From Octopus vulgaris (taxonomy: Eukaryota): a stretch of 64,000 nucleotides of DNA. Shown here in pieces: positions 26,989 to 40,840 of the stretch. How positions within the stretch are numbered: position 1 is the first letter of the stretch; each line of letters begins with the position of its first letter. The notes beneath the pieces are model-generated. The model did not search any database. It was not told where the DNA came from and was given only the letters and a program-made list of their open reading frames with translations. The stretch lies in NCBI GenBank assembly GCA_951406725.2, contig OX597819.1, forward strand, positions 37,448,001 to 37,512,000. The letters run 5' to 3'. Both the position numbers and the translations under genes were made by a program.

Positions 26989-27068
26989 AATATTTTACTA
27001 TAAAATTGGATTTAATCCTAAATCTGATTTTTTTCCCTGTAAATTTGGATTTATTCCCTAATATTTAT

Positions 27069-27208
<140 letters not shown>

Positions 27209-28195
27209 AGTTGCACTGAGCTGAAGTATAGACATCTCACCTTTTCTATGTTATTTGTTTACTGTCTGCTGTTATTGTATTGACTGGTGCCTCACTGTTG
27301 AAAAGATCTTTCACGCTTTGATCTTTTTATTATTCACTCATTTATTAGTAAAGAAATATATTATTCACTCATTTCATTTCTGGTCACAACTACATGAATC
27401 AGCATTTTCTTTAAAACACTCCCAGTTTCTCAATGATTTACATACACACAAGCATATGATTTTGCATATTTTCTGTACACACACACACACATATATACAT
27501 ATTTAATCATCGTCATCATCATTTAAGGGCGGTGTCCATGCTGACATGGACTGGACAGTTTGACCAGAGTTGACAAGCTGGAGGATGAAAGGCAAAGTCG
27601 ACCTCGGCGGAATTTGAACTCAGAACGTAGCGGCAGACGAAATACCGCTAAGCATTTCGCCCGGCGTGCTAACGTTTCTGCCAGCTCGTCGTTGTAATCC
27701 TATGGAATCTCAAACCTTCTTACTTTATGGTTTTGTGTGTGTGTGTGTGTGTGTGTGCACATGCACGCATGTGTGTCTATGTGTATTTGTATGCATGTGT
27801 GTGTGTACCTACACAGCCATATGCAAAATGTATCTTTATTGTTTCTTTCTTCTTATGATGTCTTCTGGATGATTGAATAAAGCTGTTGCAATGGTGTTTG
27901 GCAAGACAACAGCCTTTTTGCCATAATAAAGTGCACCACAAATTTTGCTGATAATGCAATATATAAGATTAAAGGATGTGCAGCAGAAGTTCTGGATAAT
28001 GTGGTAATGTGAATAAGGTCCAGTGATAGTTGTAGCGTTATTAATGTAGGAGCAGGTGTTACATGATCAACAAATATACTTAAAAGTGCCTGGTTGAATA
28101 TTTCTCTGTAGATAGAGTAGGGTGTAGAGAAAGTATGGTTTCTGAGAAAGGCTCCAAATAGTCGAAGCTCAAATTAAATTGTTCACTCTTTTTTC

Positions 28196-28615
28196 TTTAT
28201 ACTCTTTTACTCTTTTACTTGTTTCAGTCATTTGACTGTGGCCATGCTGGAGCACCGCCTTTTAGTCGAGCAAATCGACCCCGGGACTTATTCTTTGTAA
28301 GCCCAGTACTTATTCTATCGGTCTCTTTTGCCGAACCGCTAAGTGACGGAGACGTAAACACACCAGGATCGGTTGTCAAGCAATGCTAGAGGGACAAACA
28401 CAGACACACAAACATATACATACACATACATACATATATATACATATATACGACAGGCTTCTTTCATTTTCCATCTACCAAATCCACTCACAAGGCATTG
28501 GTTGGCCCGAGGCTATAGCAGAAGACACTTGCCCAAGATGCCACGCAGTTGGACTGAACCCAGAACCATGTGGTTGGTAGGCAAGCTACTCACCACACAA
28601 CCACTCCTGCGCCTA
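28196..28615 (-). mobile_element. SINE family A
   Basis: Full-length copy with (ACTCTTTT)n tail on the + strand. Confidence 0.85.
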
Positions 28616-31206
28616 TGCAGAGAAATAAACAGAAAAAGAACACATTTATATTTGTCTGTATGTATGTTTATGCATTTATAAAACATCAAAGCTTCAGCAT
28701 TCTATTGTTGTCATGAAACAACTTATCTACTTGAAATCTCATATACAGAAAATATGCTTTTTCACACATCAGTGAATATTGATATCATTTAAAAAAATTC
28801 TGAGCAAGGTCAAATGACCCACTGCTGCACTATTTCACTCAGCTCAATACAAACTGACATTCTTATCTCTCCAATTTAATTTTATTATTTATTCCTAATA
28901 ACAAAACCAGACACTCCCCTGCACATACGTCAGTCTGCTGCTTTACATTCATTACCTTCAAATATAACAAACTAAAAATAAAACCAATAGTTCAGTGAAC
29001 TGTCCACGTTGCACCTGCTCCTTACACTTCCATACAAAATGAATATGTCCTCCATTTCATAGGAGATTCACAGTCCAAAAAGGCTCACCAAGATAAAGCT
29101 ATGAGTCATTTTGAGGCATTGACTTTTCCAGTACTCAGAATGAAATATGCAGATTTTCTATAAGATGCAGTGCACTCATGGGTGAGCGCTTGTGCATCAC
29201 CTTATGATTTCCTTGGAGCCTCAAAAATGAAGTACATGTTTATTGTGTAAACATGTAAATACTATAAGGTGATACACAAGCACTCAGCTCTGAGTTCACT
29301 GTATCTTTTCGCTGAAACAACTGTAAGCTAATGAAATTGATTATGTAATTACTGTTCCCTTGTAAACCCTTTAATTACATATACACATGTGTGTGTGTGT
29401 GTGTGTGTGTGTGGTTTGAAGTAAACATAAATGGCGTTTAAAACTTATGATAGCTGTTTCAGTAGAATTTTATTAATGCATTCATAGAAGATTACATTGC
29501 AACATATAATCCACCATCATCAGGTAAGATTTCAAACAGAAAATTTCTTACATTGATCTGGACTGTCCAGATCGATGTAAGAAATCTCCCTTGGGTTATA
29601 TGTTATGGTGTAGTCTTCTATGAATGCTTTAATAAGATTCTACCAAAACAGCTGTCTTATATCTTAAATGCCATTCGTGTTTACTTTTTATACCTATGTC
29701 ACAACAAGGACCAACCCCAGAATCACATCTACAGTTTAAATTGGATTTAGTACTTTCATATCTATAGTATTCTACCAAAACTTGATGTCTTCAACGCTGT
29801 TTACCCCACTATGAGCTCTATGTTATTGTATTTTGAGCATTTCTGATGTCCTTTATTGATGTGCCTAGATTCTAATGAATCCTTATAACTAAATCATATT
29901 TATCTTCGTTCACTGATTTCAGTCTTAGAGATCCTTTTGTCCTGCAACTAAACAGCTAATATCAACAACTATTAAATTAGCAATTCTAAGCTGTTTAAGT
30001 GGGTGCCCTATCTAACCTGCTATAATTTGATTGATAAAATATCTGTTATACTCCTACAAAGTGTAACTAACATTAAGTGAAGCACTGTAACAACCCTCTT
30101 GATACCAACCTGCCTGAGACAGCACTTGATTCTATGATATTAACTTCCATGTCAGTTTATGTTCCAAACATCAGCTTAATAATGGGAAAAGTTATTTTGC
30201 TATATTCTTCATTATTTTAAAAATCATTTGAAACAAAGATAATGTGTTTCAACAGAAATATAGTAGCAAAAGTGCTAAACTAGGATTAAATTATCAAGAA
30301 ACCAGAAAAGGTAATTCTATAGTTCCAGTTTTCAATAGAGAACAATACTAGTAAGGAACAAACAGCCTGAGCAGTCCACTCCTATCTATCAAATTTCGTA
30401 TCTGGAATAATTAATTAGCAAACTCAAGATATCACCGAAAAAGTTTCACAGAAAATAGCTTGTCACACTTTGGTTACAATATCTATGTCTGTCCTAGCTA
30501 TAGACATGCTTTCAGATGGCCTGTAAGCCATAATCAGCCTATAATCTATTTTCATTTGAATGGCTATTCTCTTTGATCTGAAGTGTACCCAACACAACCT
30601 GTCCTATTTCCTACATAAGCATTATAATATTCCTCTGCGAAAGATATTTGTCTGGCAGAAATTCTATATTATACCCACCCTCACTTCACCCATTTTCTAG
30701 CTAAATATAGGTTGCCTGTGCTTGCTAAAGCATTATATTTACCAACCTGCCTTCTGCTGGGTGCACCAATTCCACTCCTCTTTCGTTATGCAGTATTACT
30801 TTTTTAATTTTTATTTTAAGTATTGTTGCAGTTTATAATAAACGAGAATATAAGAGTGAAAGAGAGAAAGAGATTTTTTTCACTCAGTTGCTTGTGACAT
30901 TTACCCAATGACCTTGTTGTAAATGATTCTAAAAATTTAGCTGCATGTGATCTTATTGAAGTAGTTGTACTCACATAACACGTCTGTGTTTATATATGCA
31001 CACTATCATGCACACATATGTCCCTGTGAATATATGTGTGTGTGTATATGTATATACACATACACACCCATTCTGACTTGAGAATCATTGGAAGGCTCCA
31101 AGAGTTTCTGCTGAGATGAAAGTGGTCAGTTTCAACCTTTAGTTTGCTCAATAACAAATATATACTTTACACATGTATTGAGTTCTCTGTCTTCTAAAGA
31201 TAATCA

Positions 31207-31238
<32 letters not shown>

Positions 31239-31329
31239 AAATTGGTCAGTTATTCATAAGTCAAAAAAAGAGGCACACTCTGAAAGTTTTTAAGCAGTAA
31301 TATTTTATGTAGCCATTGAAAGTTATCAT

Positions 31330-32040
31330 TGGTCTCACATCTATTATAGCTCTTAGCAATATAGTTGACTCATCAGATCTGCTGGCCAAATGGAGGTAAG
31401 AATACAGTCCTGGTTAGCAAGGTTGTGAAACAAAACTCTTCAAAGCAAAAACCCCTTTTGGGTGAGATAGAGTTATCTCCCTTTGAGCAGTTCCAGTTGT
31501 GTCTGAAAAGGGTCAATTTTTGTACGCTTTCTGTTCACAAGTCGCAAGGAAGACCATGTCTCCAATACAAATTTTCTCTCATGAGACACCTACTAAATAT
31601 TTCGCTTTTGGAATATAAGAAGGCCTCCTGTGGAGTGCAATGATGATGTCTTGGTATGTGCAGAGATTTTTTTTTTTTTTTCTGTTGAAAGAGACAAGCT
31701 TGGTATGACTCTATTGCTGGGTAAGAGCCATCTGATTTATTATGAATATACCATTACAGGTTGTGTTTCCTTTACTTGGAAAACTTGAAATGTGGAGTGA
31801 TATACCAGAGATGTCTGAGTTTCATGGCATACTCGTCCCCCAGACCATATCCCTGCACAATGCTATCGAGGCAGATATGGCTATCCACATATGCAAGCCC
31901 CACAAGTTTGAGTGGCTGTTGCAGCGCATCCTCTTCTCCATCCTCTGGAACAATGCCTTTTCCATTTTGTTTGCTAGGACCATGAGGCAGTTTAAATTAC
32001 AGGAAATTGTATGGTCCATTCCCTAATGTAAAATTGCTCC
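31330..32040 (-). mobile_element. Highly degenerate DNA-transposon coding relic (possibly Sola-like)
   Basis: Higher-GC block with frameshifted fragments GIVPEDG(R), GDE(MP), SYPAIES; assignment tentative. Confidence 0.25.
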
Positions 32041-32496
32041 ATATAAATTACTTGCTGAACAGTTTCTGATAGGTCAGAAGTGAAGTATTGAGTTGTCAGA
32101 TAAATTTGTCCCCACCCCCCACTCCATTTATTTTAATCCTTTCCAATGTTTATTTGAATGTAGACAAAAATTATTTTTATCATAGTGTTTTATGTTGGGT
32201 GTTTTTTTTTTGTATTGTTTTTGAAATTTTAGTAGATTTTACCTCTTTTCAGACAGCCAGCTAATAAAAAAAAACAACATAAAAACAAATTTATCTGACA
32301 ACCCCACTACATATACTGTCAGGGATAGCATTGAACTAGCGAAGCTTCAGCTAGTCAATTGACTTAGAGTACCATAGAGTCTGGAAGAGAGGGGCTAATA
32401 GTTGTGATGAGGTCAGTGGTCAGTTGAACCTATGGGTACAGAGGCAGTGATGGTTTGGTAAAAGATGGGGTTGGAAGTGAGAAAAGATAAACAGAT

Positions 32497-32888
32497 GTAG
32501 GAGTGGCTGTGTGGTAAGTAGCTTGCTTACCAACCACATGGTTCCAGGTTCAGTCCCCACTGCATGGCACCTTGGGCAAGTGTCTTCTACTATAGCCTCG
32601 GGCCGACCAAAGCTTTGTGAGTGGATTTGGTAGACGGAAACTGAAAGAAGCCCGTCGTATATATGTACATATGTATGTGTGTGTGTATATGTTTGTCCCC
32701 CCCCCCCAACATCGCCTGGTGTGTTTACGTCTCCGTAACTTAGCGGTTCGGCAAAAGAGACCGATAGAATAAGTACTAGGCTTACAAAGAATAAGTCCTG
32801 GGATCGATTTTCTCGACTAAAGGCGGTGCTCCAGCATGGCCGCTGTCAAATGACTGAAACAAGTAAAAGAGTAAAAGAGAGTAAAGAG
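32497..32888 (+). mobile_element. SINE family A
   Basis: Full head, body and (AAAAGAGT)n tail. Confidence 0.85.
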
Positions 32889-33346
32889 TGTTCGGAATTT
32901 TTGTGTATTGATCAGGGAAGCATGAAGAGGGTGAAACTAGTTGATGTAGAGATTGTAAAACATTGGGTGTCTGCACCGTTAGCATCAGTATAGGATGTGT
33001 GACAGTGATGATATGTGAATGCTGAAGTTACCAGAGGTTTTGATTTAGGAGAGAGTTGAAGCGAGGTAAAAATGTCCACAATTTATGATAACCTATCTTA
33101 CCCATGCTAGCATGCACACACACATACACACACACGCATAGCAAAATCATCATCATCATCATATGATCATTTTTTTTATCATGACAGCAAAATTCTTAAC
33201 CACACAGCCATTTTCCAGCGTAGGTAAGCCAATTACAAAAAATTGCGCAATAGATTGTGTTCAGGCATGTGTGTGTGTGTGTGCATGCTTATGTGTCTGA
33301 ATATATGCATACATAAATATATATATGAGTATATAAGAATGTATGT

Positions 33347-33403
<57 letters not shown>

Positions 33404-33823
33404 GATGTATATGCTGGAAATTGCGTAATAGCACCAATTTATAGAGACCGATCCTCACTACTTAGGCCTAGTCTATTTTGATATTGAGACTTATAAAAAC
33501 TATGAATAATGTTGCTAAACCTGAAAATTGTATTAAACAGGAGTAAAATAGTCAATATTATAAATTTTACCATGTTATTTATTTACACTGATGCAGCTTT
33601 CATTCTGCCAACGAAAAGCCACTAAAATCCCCTTCCCCTCAAAATTGATGGCTTTGTGCCTAAATTGTTTTTACGTTTAAAGTTCAAATTCCGCTAAGGC
33701 CGACTATGCCTTTCATCCTTTCCTTTCAAAGTCAATAAATTAAGTACCAGTGAAACACTGGGGTCAATGTAAGCAACTAGTCCCCTCCCCCAAATTTCAG
33801 GCCTTGTGCCTGTAGTAGAAAGG

Positions 33824-33867
<44 letters not shown>

Positions 33868-35469
33868 CATCATTATCATTATCATTATTATTGTTAATGA
33901 AAATTCTGAACTGGCAGAATTGTTTGAGCAGTGGACAAGATGCCTTGTGGCATTCTGGCTGTTGGCATTCTGAGTTCAACTCCTGCCAAGGCCAATTTTG
34001 CCTTTATCTCTCCAGGGTCAATAAAATAAAATACCAGTCAAGTACTGCAGTTTTGATTTAATCATTCTCTCCTCTAAAATTTTATGCTTTTTATCTATGT
34101 TAGCAAAAATTTTTTGTTGTCATTTTCCCTTTTGCATTTCATGTTTTATACAAATTCAAATCCTGCTGGTTTGACAGAGCAATAATTTTTTTTTTTTTTT
34201 TTTTATGTTAGGACGTATTTTAATTTAAGACTGCACATCATGCAGACTTGTTAAACCATTGCTATGAATTATTTTTTCCTGCATACATTTAGCATTCTCT
34301 AGTTTTAATTCCCTCCTTTCATATACAACAAAGCTTTATCTTACAGCAATAATTTGTTTGAAGCATCCTCATTTGTAATCTAGTCTTAATTACTGTAATA
34401 AACTCCTGTTTATTCCATTATTCAATATCTCTTTTAATTCTGATTTTTTTTCTTTGGTGGCTTAATTCAGATGGATTTGCATCAGCTTTTGTTCCCCCCT
34501 TCTATTTTCCTGTTTTTGTACAGTTTTTCTTTCTATTGTTTCCATATGCTCTTTTTCTTGTCCTAATTGTCTAAATAGTTATTTTATTTTATTTTTTTGG
34601 ATCTCTGTATATTATTACTTCATTCCTACATTGATTGTGTCACTTGCTACTTTAATCATCAATTTCATTTTACATGTATTTGTGTGTGTGATCATCATCA
34701 TCAACTTTTAACATCCACCTCCCATACTAGTATGGGATGGCCAGTTTAACAGGATTTGACAGGTCAGAGGACTGCACTATGCTCTAGTGTCTGCTATGGT
34801 ATGTTTTCTACAAATGGATGTCTTTCCTAAAGCCAACCACTTGACTGAGGTTACTGGGTGCTTTTTTCATGTCACCAACACTAGGGAGATTGCCATGTAT
34901 CCTGCAAGACTGAGATCCTTGTTAACTGAGTGGGGTTGCAGTAGAGAGTGGGGTATGGAGCTTTATGCTACATGATGAAAGGTTAAACTATGAAGGAAGG
35001 GTCCAAAACAGGTTTCTTTCTGTAGAAGAGATGCATCACTGTTCACATTGTACAAGAGTAGGTGTTAGAGTAATCAGTGTGAAGCTGGAAAGGGAGATAA
35101 AATAGTGATGATGAGGCATCAAGGTGGGTGCTGGAGGTAGGAGGTGAAGAATGGTGGCTGGATAGAGGTTGCAAGAGTGTATAGAAAGAGATGAGGCTAG
35201 GGGTGTGAATATACTGAATGATGAACAACTGAATTACCAGTTCCTTAATTAACATGTAAGTGGTTGATTATTCCCCACACATGTACCTAATTATGAGAAC
35301 CTGTCTTATCCATATGCATAATTATCAGATGAAATCAGCATGACATAGTGTGTAACAAGGTTGTGCTTTTGTGAATTACAGATACAATCTACTTTGTGGG
35401 CTTCTCTACAGTTTCCAGCTACCCAATGTCACTTACAAGGTATGGGCCAATCTGAGGCTATAGAATATG

Positions 35470-35740
35470 TTTTTGTCTGTTTTGTTCCTTCTCGAGCCAT
35501 GCCTGGCTCATAAGGGCCAGTTTCCCGGTTTCTTGGCGTATAGGTTCCCCACCTGGACGAGACGCCGGTCCATCGCAGGTGAGCTGCAAGATGCAGGAGG
35601 AAAGAGTGAGAGAAAGTTGTGGCAAAAGAGTCAGCAGAAGTTTCACCATTATCTTCTGCTGGAGCCGCGTCTGAGATTCGAACCCGCGATCCCTCGACCG
35701 TGAGTCCGCTGCACTAACCACTAGGCCATGTGCCTCCACT
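35470..35740 (-). mobile_element. SINE family D inserted in an older family A remnant
   Basis: 11-bp TSD TATAGAATATG at 35459 and 35741. Confidence 0.85.
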
Positions 35741-37579
35741 TATAGAATATGACATTTGCCCAGGGTACTTTGCAACGGGATTGAACTTTGGACCTAATGG
35801 TTGTAAAGTACAACTTCTTGATTATTCAGCCACATTGTGCCAACATGTATGTGTGTATTTATAACTTTTATTGAATTATGTCTGAAGAATGTAAACAGTG
35901 ATGAAGAGCAAGTTCTCTTTGAATGAAATCCTTCATGAGAACAATGTACTCTGCTCCAATTTATGGACGCTCCCTTGTCATTATCTGAAATGCTTTGACC
36001 CAGTGATTGGTCTATTAGAAATCTATAATCAATAACACTATTGTTCACTAAATCTGTCATAAAATCAACGCTACCCCTCACCTAAAGCTTACTATGTCAT
36101 CTAGGTATTAATGGTATCACACGACATATTTATATTAACAACATATTAGTACCACTAAGCTATTGGCATTCTATATTTTCCAACTGATAATCAACATGTG
36201 GTGACTTGTAGCTTGGCTGGTTACAGATTAAAGAAAATATTTTCTCTACTCATAAATACTTTACAGTTTCTTTTTAGTTCAAGAAACAATGAAATTCATT
36301 TACTGGCAAAACATTAAAGCTAGAATCAATGTTATTTTTAGTTTCCTAACATCTTTCTTCAACAACACTTTTTAAGTTAGATTACTCGATTTTAAAAAAT
36401 TTCATTTAATTAATTGATTTATTTATTCTCAGATCCCTATGAACTTCAAGTTAATATGTAGGTAACTGAAGTTCCTATATTCATCTGTTTATCTTTCCTT
36501 GGGTCCTTTACTATCATAAGCTTGTCATCATGACATATTGAGTATCTTGTGTATCTAAATCATATGGAGTCCAACTCACTCTACATCTGGCCACAACTAC
36601 TGTCTTCTGCAAAGAAAGAGAGAGTGACAGGGTTCAATCCCTGTAATGATCTGGTTCTTTATTTATCAATCACTTTAAAAGGTTTAAAGATAATGTTGAC
36701 TTCAGTGAGATTTGAACACAGAGCACAGAGAACAGGAGCAAATACTGCAAGGAACTCTATCTGACATTCTAATGACTCTGCCAATTCACTTATTCGTGTG
36801 TTTAGTGAGTAAAGATAGATTTACTATAGTGTGTATATAACAGCAATTCCACCTTTATTTATTCTTGGTTGTTGAAACCAAAAGCTTATTATTACTAAAG
36901 TGAAAACTCAGGAAAAATTTATGAAGCCATCTGGCCCAAATATTTTGTTTTCTGCTAAAACTGGCCAAATCCAGCCTCTCACATCTACCTTACAATGTCA
37001 TTCTAAAAATAATTTATTGCATCATTGAAATTTCAAAACTACAAGATAATACATGATTAACTCAAAAACATTGTGAATAAATAAGTATTACATTTGACAG
37101 AGTAGCCTGAATGCTAAAGGGTTAAGAGATGGATTGTCTTCACTGCTTTTTTGTATATACTCCAGTTCCTTTGTATTTTCTGTTTTAAGATGAATCTTTA
37201 GATTATTAAATAGATTTATTGACAAATGATTACTATATTTAGGACTGCTTTATATCAACTTATTGTGTTGCATGATTTTATTAATTCAGTCAGTATCTTT
37301 TTCTGCAATTACTGTCTATTTCTGTTTTATTTGTTCAAATGTTGCCTATTAATGCTTTTTTTGTGTGGTCCTCTTTGCAACAAGTCATGTTAAAATGGAA
37401 AAATCTTTGGTTTATTTAATTCTTTTTTCTTTTTTTGGTAATTTGTAACCTTCCATTTTGCTTTATTTCTGTAGTCTCCCTCTTTTTTCATTCTTGTTTT
37501 TGTATTAGTGCTATGAGTTTTATTTTTTCTTATTTAAATTGCAAATAAAAATTTAGCTTTATCAATAATGATTTGATAA

Positions 37580-38040
37580 AATTTATAGATGGCAGCTACA
37601 GGTATACAAAGCATATTTTAAAATTCTGTTTAATTTTTAAAGAGTTGCAGCTAGTTACATAAAGCAATAGATGGATACCTATATAGATGGCTGGCTAATT
37701 AGCACAATCATAGATAAATACCTAGGTGCATGAATAGATAACTGGTTACATAGATTGCATGCTACACATAGCATTATACGTAGAGATATAATTGGGTAGC
37801 TGGTTATATGGATAAAAGATGTACTACATATTTATATAGCTAGTTATTTGATAGCAGGCTTTGTAAACAGATATCTGGCTACATAGTTGGCTACATAGAT
37901 AGCTGGCTGTATAGATATATAGCTAGATGGACAGATATCTACATACAGACATAAGTACACATGAACTTATGTACTTATACACCTGTCTATTTATACATGT
38001 AGGTACATAGGTAATTAGGTATGTAGGTTGTTAGGTAGAT
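37580..38040. repeat. Degenerate ATAG/GCTA low-complexity tandem repeat
   Basis: Recurrent ATAGATAGCTGGCTACATAG-like units. Confidence 0.6.
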
Positions 38041-38751
38041 GGCTGCATACACACATACACACACACATATATATATATATATATGTGTAGCAATCTTAGG
38101 GTAGCTTAAATGTATGTGGAATGCTCAGCTACTTACATGCTAATTCAATGAGCAAATGATTGAGTTGATCAAATTAGATGAACTTTCCATCACTGAAACT
38201 GACTGAGAGTCATCCACACATGTACATGTGTGTGTCTGTGAGTGCATCATTATGATTTGACAGCCACTGTCCATTGTCCTATATGTCCTACATGGGTAGG
38301 ACAGGTCGTGTGACCTCATTTTGCTCGCATTTCATTTTCAGGTTGATTTCTTTAGATGGATACCCTACCTAATACCAGCCACTCTACAGAATGTAAAAGT
38401 ACCAGAGTAGTGTCATGTTCTTTAACAAAGACTTGAGGGTTCTCACAACCCCACACTTTACAAAGTGTAGTAGATTCATTTGTTTGTGACTAGACCAGTA
38501 CTAGAGAGGAGAGTCCCATTATAGTCGTGACTAATGGAATCTCACTGCCTCACATCTCTGTTCATTTACCAGACTTTTTACTGAGAAGTACAAGTGTGAT
38601 ACAAGGAAAACAAAAAACTAGTAGCAATTATTACCAACACTGGGGAGGGGAGATAATTTCAGGAAATTAAAAATAATTCCATGGTTGTGTTAACTTACAC
38701 AGGAACAAAAAGGACAATCTGATCTTATTTTTACTGGCAAGGGACAACCAT

Positions 38752-38799
38752 GGACACAGGTTTTGCCTTCATTCTGACCTCATCAGCATAGCAGTGTCC
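38752..38799 (-). ncRNA. Degenerate hammerhead-like fold
   Basis: Minus strand GGACAC-tgctatg-CTGATGA-GG...GGC-AAAA-CCT-GTGTCC. G12 apparently lost, so probably inactive. Confidence 0.35.
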
Positions 38800-40808
38800 T
38801 TCTTGAACAGATATAACAATCTAACATTTACAGAAAGGGTTTAGTATTCATTGTGTCACTTTGCAATTGTTTAAAGGATGTACACATCTACTTGTATGTC
38901 CAATGTTTCACCCTTCTCTTTCATTCACCTGGCATCTTTGGTTTCTCACCCTCTCACACCACTTCTTTTACTTGGCTAGCTTCAGCCCACCACCAAATCG
39001 ATCCCTTAATTTAAGTTTCAGTCCTAACTTCCTCTCTCTCAGATGCAGATTAAAATCCAGGAAATATCCATATTCTAAAATCTGTATAACAACTAAACTT
39101 TGACTTTGTATTGATTAATATTCCCTGACACAAACCGACACCAGTTTCTTTGGACTCAATACTATTTCAAAATTATATCAATGAAAACCACCATCATCAT
39201 TTTTGTGTCTGTTTTCCCATGTTTGCATAAGTTGTATGGGTCTTTCTCCAACACATTTCCCTGCTGCTTGTTGCATTCCGTTGTCTTCTTTGTAAGGATA
39301 TGCTAATGATCTTACCCTGGTACTTACGTCAATTCATTTCTACTAAATATGTTAATACCAGAAATATTAAGCTGTAAATCACCTCTATAAAGAGATTTTA
39401 CTGTTTTTATTCTATAAATTAACTTTGTAGGCACAGTATGGCTAAATAATTTGATCTCACTACTAGACATCTTAATAACGCCTTTTCAATAGTTTCAGTT
39501 TGATCTGTTCTGTAAGTAAAATTGGATACACAGAAACTGCATAGAAGCCCATTGTATGAATTGTACCTGTATACTTTGTCACACTCTGCCACTTCAATTC
39601 AACCTGTGAGTGGGCATGGCTGTGTGGTTAGGGAGCTTGCTTTCTAGCTATGTGGTTTCAGGTTCAGTCCCACTGCGTGGCACTTTGAGCAGGTGTATTC
39701 TGCTATAGCCCCAAGCTGACTGAAGCTTTGTGATTGAATTCGGTAGGCAGAAGTTACTGCCGCGTATGTATATGTGCGTGTAGGTGCTTGTGCCTCTCCC
39801 AAAGAGAGAGAGAGGGGTATACACATCCATTGAATACTCAGCCACTAATAACACAGAGCCTGGAGTTCAGCTGATTGAACAATTGTATCTTTGTCAAATG
39901 ACATAGATCCACCACCACAATCAACTTCATTAGTTGGAAAGCTGTTGCCAATCTCATTATTATAGTATAGCTGTTAGAATTACCAATGCAGAAAAGTTTA
40001 TTCAGTCCATAGTGGGGAAATGGAAAATGTAAAACAGTACAAAAATCACTCAATTTTATTCTTTTCTTCAAACAAAATCCATTTTTCTCCTTCCTAGAAT
40101 TCACTATTAGCAAGTGATGAAAAGGAAGAATATATATCTATTAATATTCATATTTTAAAGCTGAAGTTGGATTTTGATCCCTATCACTGTAATTTTAGTG
40201 TGTCTGAAATAGCCATCTCATTATTTTCATTGCTTAAGCCTGATCATTATTCTCATTGCTTAAGCCTACATTTACATCTAGTTGTAAATAATTTTTACCA
40301 ATAAGATATACAGTTTCTTTAAAACTAAACTGGATCTCTTCTTGTCGGGGGTCCCAGATTAACCTACATCTTGACAGGAGACAGATGCGGGCAGCGGCAT
40401 CGAACTCCCTTGTCGACCAAGTGCCACGTATCAGAGGTGGATTCACATACTAGTGTAGCTCATTCAACGGTGGTACCCCAGTATGGATGCAGCCTTCGGG
40501 CTGAAACATTTTTAAGGATTTAAATGTTTGAATGTACAGGCCTATTTAATGTGTATAGATTGATGTAGAAAAATGTGTATGAAAAACATTGAAATGGAAC
40601 AAGTGAGCTGAAATTTATAATTTATTGAGAGGCATAAATATAGGCAGAGGCAAGGCTGTATGGTTAAGAATCCTGCTTTGCAAGTACATTTCGTCAGGCT
40701 CAGTCCCACTGCAGTGTACCCTGGGCGTGTGTCTTCTACTATAGTCCCTGATTGACCAATGCCTTGTGAGTGTATTTAGTAGATGGAAGCTATGAGGAAG
40801 CTCATCAT

Positions 40809-40840
<32 letters not shown>

